Shown piece by piece: positions 17,168-24,958 of a stretch of 48,799 bases of DNA. The stretch is from Deltaproteobacteria bacterium (GTDB taxonomy: Bacteria > Myxococcota > JACRCW01), in assembly GCA_016218805.1 (NCBI GenBank), contig JACRCW010000013.1:1-48799 (forward strand), read 5' to 3'. The notes under the pieces were generated by a model, which saw only the letters and a list, made by a program, of their open reading frames with translations, was not told the DNA's origin and did no database searches. Position 1 is the stretch's first letter. Each line of letters begins with the position of its first letter. Both the position numbers and the translations under genes were made by a program.

Positions 17168-19831
17168 TCAGACCCGCAGGTCCCGCACCAGCACACCGCT
17201 CACCAGGTCCAGCACCAGCACCGTCCCGCGGTCATCCCCCAGGCACAGCGCGTGGCCCATCAACCGCGCACAGGCGCGCTTGCGCCCGTCAAGGAAGAAC
17301 TCCGCCCGAGGTTGCACCTCCGCCGCATCCCACAGCGTCACCTGCACGCCCGCCGCCACGCTCACCCCCGTCACCACCCACTGCGGATTGGCTTCCAGCA
17401 GCACCAGCCCGGCTCCGGGCGCGCTGACCGTGCGCTCAATCATCCTGCCACGCAGCCAGCGCAGTTGCAGGACCAGCGCAGTGGCGTCGTCGTCAGACGC
17501 GCGCCGCACCACCGCCAGTTGCGCGTTGGCCGTCACCCGCGCCGCCAACGCGACCTCTGGCAGCGGAACCTCCAGCCGGTCCCGCAACACCATGCCCGGC
17601 TGTTCGTACCGCCACACGGTGGACTCCAGTCCCGCCAGGAACGCCAGTGACAGGTTGCTCCGCGCCACGTCCAACACCGCGCCCGTGCCGCGTCCCCCCA
17701 CGTCGGGCACGCGCCACGCCACACGCGCGCGGTCCGCCCCCAGGTCCAGCGCCCACAGGTCGTGCCCGCGGCCCACCATCCACCACGCGCCGTCATGCGT
17801 GGTGGCAAACGCCGTCAGCGCCTCCTCCAGCCACGGCGCGGCACGCCCCGTCCGGAAGTCCACCCGCGTCGCGCGCCAGCGGTCCCTGTCCAGCTGCCGC
17901 ACGGCCAGCGCCCGGTCGCCGTGATCGGAAAGCACCCAACGCGTGGCGGGTTCGTCCACCGCCAGCGCGGTCCGCCCCCGCCGCGACAGGACGCGCACGC
18001 CCAGCGCATCCAGCGCCACCGCCACCCGGCCGTCCGGCAGCAGCGCCACGTCGTGCACCGGCGTGCTGCCAGAGTCGCTGGCGGCACAGTTGAACACCCG
18101 TGGCTCAGCGCGGGCCGGCAGCCACTCGCCTTTCTTCGCCGGCAGGGACGGGGCATCCGCGCGCAGGGCGGCGTCCCCCGTGGCCGTCACGAGTGCGCGG
18201 AAGACGGAATTGGCCAGCACCAGCCGCCCCTCCTGCACGTCCTGCCAGGCGGCCCGTACCAGTGCGCGCGCCAGCACCCGGCCCGCAGCCGTCTCCTTGA
18301 GCGTCGCCAGCGCCGCCACGCGCGCTGCCGGCGCGGTGGCATCGTCGTCCGCAGCCAGGGCGGTCACCCGCAGCTTCACGCTGTCAAACAGCGCCGGGTC
18401 CAGCTCCAGCAGGCGTCCCAGCGCCGTGGCGCCCGCCTCCCCGCCTCCCTCCACCGCGCGTTGCAGCCAGTCTTTCGCCAGCCTCCGCAGCGTTGGGACC
18501 TCCCACACCACGGCCACCGCGCGCAGCGTGTCCCCCGCGTCCGCCAGCGCGGACGCCCACAGGACCCGCAGCGCGGCCGCCTGCGTGGCGTCCGTCTTCT
18601 CCAGGCGCGCCACCGCGTCGGCAAACGCCCCACTGCGCCTGGCCACGTCCACGGCGCGCTCCACATCACCGGCAATGAACAGTTGCCGCACCACCAGGCC
18701 GGGCGGGAGGCCGCGCGCCTCGGCCAGCTCCGCAGCCAGCTTGAGCCGGCCGTGCTTCTCCAGGAACGCCACGGCCTCGTGCGCGTCGCCCAGCAGCTCG
18801 GCCAGGATGAACGCCGCCTCATCCAGCCGCCCCAGCCCCACCAGGCGCTCAAACGCGGCGCGGTACATGCGCCGCATGTAGTCATACACGTCCGGTCCCA
18901 GGGCCATGGAGGACGACGCGGCCCCGCGCCACGGCGCAATGGACAGGTCTGCGCGCGGAGACGGCAGGCCCCAGCTCCAGCCCGTCCCGCCGGCGCTCTC
19001 ACCGCCCAGCGGGATGGCGTGCCGCAGCGCCTCCCCCAGTTCCCCGCGCTCAAACATTTCCGCCAGCCGCGCCAGGTACGCCGCGTAGCGCCGCCCCACC
19101 AGCGCTCCCAGGCTGCTGCGCGCCACCACGCCATCCAGCCACCGCCCCAGGCGCTGCAGCCAGGCGGGGGGAGGAAGCGCCTGCACGTGGACAGGGTGTG
19201 CCTTGCCCGTACGCGCCGGCAGCAGGGACCGCAGCGCGCGCACCACGGACAGCAGCAGCCGGTCCACCGTTCCCAGCTGGACCACGCGCGGCCCGTCGGC
19301 GCGGTGGCGGAGCTGCTCGGCCAGTTCCACGGCGGACGGCGCCATGGGCGGGATCCCGCCCAGCTTTTCGCGCAGGTCCACCGCCGGCGGCGGCCGCTCC
19401 GGCTCCGGGGCGGCGGGCGCGGCCAGTGGCGCCACGTCGGCAACGTGCACCCGGCCCAACGACACCCACCCGGACACGTCCACCACTGCGCCGGGACGGA
19501 GCGCCATGGCCTCCCCGGCGCGCACCAGCACCACGCAACCCGCCGCCGCCTCCAGGTCCGCGCGCTCCGCCGCGGCCAGCGGCGCGCCCCACAGCACGTC
19601 CGCCTGCTCCACCAGCGGCACGCCGGCGCCCAGCTCCGCGTCCACGGCGCTCACGCGCGGCCAGCGCACCAGGTACCCGCCGGCCAGCTCCGTGACCGTG
19701 GCACCCGCGCACCACGCCGCCAGCACGGCGCGCCGGGCCGCGTCGTCGCCCGCCAGCGCGCGGTCAAACCAGCGTGCCCGCGCCTGCACGCGCCCGCGGT
19801 GGGCCAGCCGCCGGGGACGGACCGCGGTCAC
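17168..19831 (-). CDS. bpX6-domain/helical/beta-propeller component of a MoxR-vWA-beta-propeller ternary system
   Basis: N-terminal VRPRRLAHRG..A..WFD..AR..VLAAW pattern recalled as bpX6; central EALRHAIPLG and AAFILAELL helical repeats; C-terminal WD40-like blades; GTGA overlap with the upstream gene. Confidence 0.75.
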   Translation of the reverse strand: MTAVRPRRLAHRGRVQARARWFDRALAGDDAARRAVLAAWCAGATVTELAGGYLVRWPRVSAVDAELGAGVPLVEQADVLWGAPLAAAERADLEAAAGCVVLVRAGEAMALRPGAVVDVSGWVSLGRVHVADVAPLAAPAAPEPERPPPAVDLREKLGGIPPMAPSAVELAEQLRHRADGPRVVQLGTVDRLLLSVVRALRSLLPARTGKAHPVHVQALPPPAWLQRLGRWLDGVVARSSLGALVGRRYAAYLARLAEMFERGELGEALRHAIPLGGESAGGTGWSWGLPSPRADLSIAPWRGAASSSMALGPDVYDYMRRMYRAAFERLVGLGRLDEAAFILAELLGDAHEAVAFLEKHGRLKLAAELAEARGLPPGLVVRQLFIAGDVERAVDVARRSGAFADAVARLEKTDATQAAALRVLWASALADAGDTLRAVAVVWEVPTLRRLAKDWLQRAVEGGGEAGATALGRLLELDPALFDSVKLRVTALAADDDATAPAARVAALATLKETAAGRVLARALVRAAWQDVQEGRLVLANSVFRALVTATGDAALRADAPSLPAKKGEWLPARAEPRVFNCAASDSGSTPVHDVALLPDGRVAVALDALGVRVLSRRGRTALAVDEPATRWVLSDHGDRALAVRQLDRDRWRATRVDFRTGRAAPWLEEALTAFATTHDGAWWMVGRGHDLWALDLGADRARVAWRVPDVGGRGTGAVLDVARSNLSLAFLAGLESTVWRYEQPGMVLRDRLEVPLPEVALAARVTANAQLAVVRRASDDDATALVLQLRWLRGRMIERTVSAPGAGLVLLEANPQWVVTGVSVAAGVQVTLWDAAEVQPRAEFFLDGRKRACARLMGHALCLGDDRGTVLVLDLVSGVLVRDLRV

Positions 19832-21567
19832 GGGTCCTCCCCCACGTCAAACCGGTAGAACTGCTGTCCGGTCACCAGCGACCCGATGAGCAGGTCCCCG
19901 CGCTCGGTGGCGTAGGCGGCCACCGCGTCCGGGCCCACGGCGACGGACGCCACCGGGCCCGGCGCCGCGGGCAACTGCACGTGCGCGTTGCGGCCGGTCA
20001 GGTCCACGCGGCGCGCGGACGGGTCCAGCTGCACCAGGGCGCCCTCCCCCGTCGACGGAACTTCGCAGACACCCACCACCTGGGCCCCGGAAAACGGGCT
20101 CAGGAGCACCCCGCCCACCCGCCAGGCGCCACCCACGCGCTCAAACGCGCCCAGCCACGGCTTCGCGTGCCGCTGGCTCGTGGCCGCCAAGACCCGCCCC
20201 GTGCCCCCGGTGTCCAGCTCGTCGGCCCCGTCCACGCCCAGCTGCCGCAGCGTGGGGCGGGAGGCCAGCGCCAGCCCCAGCACCACCGCGCCGCGGCACA
20301 GGAACCACGCGTTGACCTGCCGCTCATGCACGCGCAGCCAGGCCGTGCCATCGCGCGCCAGCTCGTACAGCGTGCCGTCAAACGCATCCCGTACCCACCA
20401 GCGCACGCGCCCTTCCATGCGGGTGGCGTACAGCGGCTCCAGGTCGGTGAGCTCGTCAGGCGGGACGTAGAACGCCTGCGCCACGTTGGGTGCCTTGGAC
20501 ACGTCCAGCAGCTCCCCGCGCCGCGAATAGGTGGCCACGGTGACCTCCGTGTCACTGACCTGCAGCGTGCGGAACTGGCGCCCGTGGTGCCCCGCCGCCA
20601 CCACGGGCGGCCCTGGGGGCGGCGTGAGCACGCGCGGCCGCGCCGGCACCTGCCGCGGCGAATTGGGGACGGGATGTGCCACCACGGTCCGGTCCGCGCC
20701 GCGCGCCAGCACCCAGTGACCACTGCTGGAGAACACCAGGTTGGAGCGTATGGCCAGCGCGGCCTGGCCCGTGCGCACGGGGGCCTGCTCAACGAGAAAC
20801 GGGTCACGCAGCAGGCGGGCGGTGACGTCCCCCGCGGGAAGCTCCAGCCGGAGCGACCTCACGCGCGCGCCGCGCCACACGTGCACGTCCACGCACGGAC
20901 TCCCCGGCTCCAGCACGTCCTCCACCACCACGCGTGAGGCGCTGCGGTGCACGCCCCCGCCCAGCGGGTCACCCACCAGCCACAGGTCATCCGCCGCCGC
21001 CGGCACGCCCAGCGCCGCGCGCCACGCTTCATGGTCCCGCTCCGTCGCCGGGGGACGCCCGCGCGCGCGGAGCAGCGCGCGGATGGAGGACTCATTGACG
21101 TCGTGGACCAGCCCCTCCGCTGCCTCCTGCAGCACGCCAAAGGCAAACGGGATTCCCGCCGCGCGCGCCCGCGCCGCCAGCGCCACCAGCACGGCCAGCT
21201 GCGCCACCCGCGGCGCGCCCATCTGCCCCGGCCCCGCGTCAAACAGCGCCACGGACCGCCGCCGCCCTGACGGGCGCCGCCGTGCCAGCCGCAGGTAGTG
21301 CAGTTCCTGCTGGGCGGCGCGCCGCAGGAACTCCTCCGGCAGTTCGTCAGCCAGCAGCCACTGGGAGACCAGCAGCCGCTCCGCCAGCCCGCGCCGCGTA
21401 AGACCGTCAAACCCGTCCGGCTCGCCGTCCCACGCCTCGCCCGTTTCAGCCAGCGGCCCCAGCACCGTGGCCACGCGCTGCACCAGCGGCCCCATGCCCA
21501 GCACAATTTCGTCCGGGAACAGGTCCAGCACGCCCCGCCAGGGCTTCAGCGCAACGGGCAGTTCCAC
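19828..21567 (-). CDS. divergent vWA-like + beta-propeller component of the MoxR ternary system
   Basis: GTG 21567 four nt after the upstream stop; GEPDGFDGLTRRG..ERLL.SQWLLADE.PEEFLRRA motif; VALFDAGP degenerate MIDAS strand; beta-rich C-terminal half. Confidence 0.7.
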   Translation of the reverse strand: MELPVALKPWRGVLDLFPDEIVLGMGPLVQRVATVLGPLAETGEAWDGEPDGFDGLTRRGLAERLLVSQWLLADELPEEFLRRAAQQELHYLRLARRRPSGRRRSVALFDAGPGQMGAPRVAQLAVLVALAARARAAGIPFAFGVLQEAAEGLVHDVNESSIRALLRARGRPPATERDHEAWRAALGVPAAADDLWLVGDPLGGGVHRSASRVVVEDVLEPGSPCVDVHVWRGARVRSLRLELPAGDVTARLLRDPFLVEQAPVRTGQAALAIRSNLVFSSSGHWVLARGADRTVVAHPVPNSPRQVPARPRVLTPPPGPPVVAAGHHGRQFRTLQVSDTEVTVATYSRRGELLDVSKAPNVAQAFYVPPDELTDLEPLYATRMEGRVRWWVRDAFDGTLYELARDGTAWLRVHERQVNAWFLCRGAVVLGLALASRPTLRQLGVDGADELDTGGTGRVLAATSQRHAKPWLGAFERVGGAWRVGGVLLSPFSGAQVVGVCEVPSTGEGALVQLDPSARRVDLTGRNAHVQLPAAPGPVASVAVGPDAVAAYATERGDLLIGSLVTGQQFYRFDVGEDP

Positions 21568-21571
21568 GTGG

Positions 21572-21994
21572 TCACCCGGCGCCCAGGAAGGCGCGCAGCG
21601 CGTCCGCCTCCACCGTCCAGGCGCGCCCCAACGGGAACACCCGCACGCCGCCCTCCGCCGGCACCACCGCCGCCGGGAGCGCCGCGTGGCGCGCCACCGC
21701 GTGGGCCACCAGGGCCGGCGCCAGGTCGGGCTGCAGCGGGGTGGGCACGTACAGGGATTCCGCGCCCTCGCACTTTGCCAGGTAGCGCGCGCCGTCCACC
21801 CACGGGAGGCGCTCCGGCTCACCCAGCAGGACCAGGGCCCCGCCGCCGCCCACCCCGCGAAGGCCCGCGCAGCGCGCCGGTTCCGCCAGCAGCAGCGCCG
21901 CCAGCGCGCGCGCCGCCGCCCCCTCCGCCCACACGGCGCACGGCGCCCCCGGCACCTCCCGCTCCACCCACCCCACCCGCCACGCCCCCGTCAC
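21572..21994 (-). CDS. bpX5-like small protein of the MoxR ternary system
   Basis: GTGA overlap with the MoxR stop; W..RE.P, LVLLG...LPWVDGARYL, LYVPT...P motifs recalled as bpX5. Confidence 0.7.
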   Translation of the reverse strand: MTGAWRVGWVEREVPGAPCAVWAEGAAARALAALLLAEPARCAGLRGVGGGGALVLLGEPERLPWVDGARYLAKCEGAESLYVPTPLQPDLAPALVAHAVARHAALPAAVVPAEGGVRVFPLGRAWTVEADALRAFLGAG

Positions 21995-23142
21995 GCGCGC
22001 CCCCCCGTCACCTCCACAATGATGCGCTCGCGCAGGGCCCGCAGGTCCGGCGGCAGCTTGTCCGGCAGGAATGACGCGTCCACCTCGCGGGCCACGCCCT
22101 CCAGGCGAAGCCGCCAGCTGCGGGACTCCGTTTCGTCGCCGGCCGCCGGGCGTGACCCCAGCAACGCGGTTGCCACGTGCGCCAGCCGGGCCGCGCGCGC
22201 CGTGGGCCCCGCGCTGGCCTCCTCCGCCAGCGTGGCCAGCGCCGGGTTCCCGCTGTCCGCCAGCATCTCCCGCAGCACCTCGCGCGCGGTGGCCTGCTCG
22301 TCGGGCGTGGGCACCGCCAGCACCACCGTCCACAGGTCCGCGGTGGTGGGCGCTGACCGCCCGGCCAGTGCGGCCGCCGCCGTCATCAGCCGCTGCATCT
22401 TCACTGCGCGCCGGTCGGACAGCGCCACGCCCGCCCCGCGCAGTGCACGGATGGCGTCCGCCAGCCGGCCGCGCACCGCGGACGGATCCATGCTGCGGCT
22501 CGCCTCCACCAGCGCGTCCACGTCAGACAGGGACGCCGCGGGCGGGGCCGCCGTCCGCCGCCCCGCTTCCCACCCGCCGGCCAGCAGTTCGTCCAGGCGC
22601 GGATCCGGCAGGCTGGCCACGTACGCGCGCAACAGGAAGCGGTCCGCAAACGCCGCCAGGGACGGATCCTCCGGCAGCGCGTTGGACGCCCCCACGCACA
22701 CACGCAGCGGGCAGGCCACCCGCGTGTGCCCGCGCACAAACTGCCTCTCGTTGAGCAGCCCCAGAAGCGTGTTGAGGATGGCCGTGGAGCCCTGGAACAC
22801 CTCGTCCAGGAAGGCCACCTCCGCCTCCGGCAGCATGCCCGCGGTGGCCGTTTCCACCACGCCTTCGCGCAGCCGCCGCAGGTCCACGGGCCCAAAGATT
22901 TCAGACGGCTCCGTGAATCTCCCCAACAGGTACTCGAAGTACCTCCCCCCCAGCGCGCGCGACACGCGCCGCACCGCCTCGCTCTTGGCGGTGCCCGGCG
23001 GGCCAATCACCAGCAGGTGCTCCTGGGCCACCGCCGCCAGCAGCACCATCTCCACCAGGGCTTCGCGCTCCACCAGGCCGGCGGCCGCGTCCGCCACCGC
23101 CCGGCGCACCCGCCCCGCTGCTTCCGTCGCTGTGCTGCTCAT
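21991..23142 (-). CDS. MoxR/RavA-family AAA+ ATPase
   Basis: GPPGTAKS Walker A, FEYLLGRFTEPSEIFGP, FLDEVF Walker B, AILNTLL..LNER, GASN, DRF, SDRR. Confidence 0.93.
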   Translation of the reverse strand: MSSTATEAAGRVRRAVADAAAGLVEREALVEMVLLAAVAQEHLLVIGPPGTAKSEAVRRVSRALGGRYFEYLLGRFTEPSEIFGPVDLRRLREGVVETATAGMLPEAEVAFLDEVFQGSTAILNTLLGLLNERQFVRGHTRVACPLRVCVGASNALPEDPSLAAFADRFLLRAYVASLPDPRLDELLAGGWEAGRRTAAPPAASLSDVDALVEASRSMDPSAVRGRLADAIRALRGAGVALSDRRAVKMQRLMTAAAALAGRSAPTTADLWTVVLAVPTPDEQATAREVLREMLADSGNPALATLAEEASAGPTARAARLAHVATALLGSRPAAGDETESRSWRLRLEGVAREVDASFLPDKLPPDLRALRERIIVEVTGGRA

Positions 23143-23277
23143 GGGGCGGGGATGCTAGGTCAGCGCGCGGGCGGCGCCCCGGCGCCCGTGACCCCGTGAC
23201 GGCAGTTGCGCGTCCCACACGGCGCTGCTACACGCGCCACCCCTCCGCCTCGGGGCGGTGACCTTCCGGAGCTTCCC

Positions 23278-23412
23278 ATGCCGTCTCCCACAAGCCACAC
23301 CATGACCGTCCGCACCCGCAAGATCCACACGCGCGGCAAGAAGCGGAAGAACAAGATTGCCCGCGCGGGCACCACGCGCAGCGCCGCGGAGCTGTTCGCC
23401 AAGAAGAAGTGA
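23278..23412 (+). CDS. small basic protein (44 aa), ribosomal-protein-like composition
   Basis: GGAG 6 nt upstream of ATG 23278; strongly biased codons (aag, cgc, acc); sequence MPSPTSHTMTVRTRKIHTRGKKRKNKIARAGTTRSAAELFAKKK. Confidence 0.7.
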   Translation: MPSPTSHTMTVRTRKIHTRGKKRKNKIARAGTTRSAAELFAKKK

Positions 23413-23536
23413 AGTGCGCGGCCCGGCGGCTCACTTCCGCCGCGGTCCCACCCCGTCCCACGCACGTCCCGTTCCCGGGTGCGCCGCCTGCGCGCGCCGG
23501 GCATGCGTGCTCCCCGTCACACCGCCGCACTCCCCC

Positions 23537-23579
23537 AAAACACGAACCCCGCCCCTTCCACAGTGGGAAGGGACGGGGT
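23537..23579 (-). terminator. Rho-independent terminator of the 23613..24398 gene
   Basis: Minus strand reads ACCCCGTCCCTTCC-cactgt-GGAAGGGGCGGGGT (14-bp stem, one G:U pair), then TCGTGTTTT. Confidence 0.7.
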
Positions 23580-23612
23580 CCGAACCTCTCGCCCGTTATC
23601 CGGCAGCGAGAA

Positions 23613-24398
23613 TCAGCCTTCGCGGCCGCGGCCCGCGATGCCCGTGTCGGCGGCGCGTTCCGTGTTGACCTTGTTGCCGGCCGCAATGACGGCCTTGCCC
23701 GCGTTCTGCAGCAGCTCGCCGGCCTTGTCCGTGCCGCGCTCGGCCGCCATCAGGGCCTCCTTGGCCACAATGACCGCGCCCTGCGCCGCCTTGAGGGCCG
23801 CCGCGTTGCCCGTGTGGGCCGCCGCTTCCACCGTCTTCTCCGCCGCCGCCAGGACGTGGATCGCGGCCTCGGCCACGTTCACGCCGGCGCCGCCAATGTG
23901 CGCCAGGGAGTTGAGCCACTGGTCGCCGGCCACCTTGAAGGACTCGCCCGACAGCTTGAACATGCGGTCGGAGAACAGGTCGGCCTTCGGGTCACCAAGG
24001 ATGGTGTACGTGGTGATCTGCGGGCCACCGAGCCCGGCCACGTCACGCGCCGCGTTGCCCGCGCCGACCATGCCCTTGCCCATCCACTGCAGGGCCGCGC
24101 CCACCGCGTCGGAGATGACCTCGCCCACCTTGCCAACCGCGCCCGCAATCGCCGCGCCCACGCCCAAACCGGTGTTGGCGGTGGCCTTGCCGGCCTGAAA
24201 GGTGGCCTCGGCCACGTTCACTGCTGCGCCCAGGGTCTCCACGCCGGCCTTGCCAAGGTTCTTGCCGGCTTCCTTGATGTCCTTGCCAGCCTTGCCGATT
24301 TCCTTGTCGGCGGCGCGGCCCAGGCCGTCTGCGGTGCGGTTGAGCTCGCGGTCGCGGGCAATGGCGGGGGGAAGGCTACCACCACGGATCGTCGTCAT
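23613..24398 (-). CDS. Ala/Gly-rich amphipathic helical protein with two-fold internal repeat
   Basis: Strong RBS (AAGGGAG), biased codons; repeats GAAVNVAEA/GAGVNVAEA and GAALQWMGKGMVGAGN/GELLQNAGKAVIAAGN; no Sec signal. Confidence 0.8.
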   Translation of the reverse strand: MTTIRGGSLPPAIARDRELNRTADGLGRAADKEIGKAGKDIKEAGKNLGKAGVETLGAAVNVAEATFQAGKATANTGLGVGAAIAGAVGKVGEVISDAVGAALQWMGKGMVGAGNAARDVAGLGGPQITTYTILGDPKADLFSDRMFKLSGESFKVAGDQWLNSLAHIGGAGVNVAEAAIHVLAAAEKTVEAAAHTGNAAALKAAQGAVIVAKEALMAAERGTDKAGELLQNAGKAVIAAGNKVNTERAADTGIAGRGREG

Positions 24399-24500
24399 CG
24401 TTGTGCTCCCTTGTTGGTGGGCGGCTCAAGTGTGAGCGGCCCTTCTTGGTTGGCCTCCGGGATCCCCATGATCCCGGGAAGCCTCCTGAACAGGTCCCGC

Positions 24501-24528
24501 ATCATCGGCAGGACCCGTCCAGAAGTTG
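24501..24528 (-). promoter_or_regulatory. sigma28 (FliA/SigF)-like promoter CAAC-N16-CCGATGAT
   Basis: GCCGATGA resembles the sigma28 -10 consensus GCCGATAA; the same architecture recurs at 44119..44145. Confidence 0.55.
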
Positions 24529-24536
24529 TGCGATAT

Positions 24537-24899
24537 TTACCCACTGATCAGGTGACCCAGGCTCACCACCAGGTCCGGGCTGCCGCTGATGCGGATCCGG
24601 CCCTCACGCGTGGCCTGGCCCACGTCCAGCTTGCCGCGGGTCATGGCGGAGAAGTCATTGTCCATCATCTCCAGGATGACGTCCGGGTTCTTGGCGCCAC
24701 CGCGGCGGACCTCCACCTTCTTGAGGTCCACGGTCCACTCGCCGCCGTCATCGCCGCCAATGTTGATGAGGAAGGTGGCGCCAATGCTCTTGGCCGCCTT
24801 CTCGTTGGCCTTGAGCGCCTTGGGAAGCGCCTCCTCCAGCACCTGGCGGGGCGTGACCTCAACGGGACCGCTCTTGGACTTCAGTTGCGCCTTGGACAT
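24537..24899 (-). CDS. SCP2 sterol/lipid-binding domain protein
   Basis: FLINIGGDDGGEWTVDL...PDVILEM..NDF..M..GKLD...A...GRIRISG matches the SCP2 pattern; ATG 24899. Confidence 0.88.
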   Translation of the reverse strand: MSKAQLKSKSGPVEVTPRQVLEEALPKALKANEKAAKSIGATFLINIGGDDGGEWTVDLKKVEVRRGGAKNPDVILEMMDNDFSAMTRGKLDVGQATREGRIRISGSPDLVVSLGHLISG

Positions 24900-24958
24900 G
24901 GTGATCAGACCTCGGCCGACGACAGGTCGGCACATGGGTGGGAAAGTGGGGCGCGACC

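Noticed and set aside
17762..19858. 698-aa plus-strand ORF
   Set aside because: Antisense to the bpX6 gene; Arg/Pro/His-rich shadow composition
21567..22333. Apparent long overlaps or frameshift among the MoxR operon ORFs
   Set aside because: Resolved by internal GTG starts at 21994 and 21567, which give normal coupled genes
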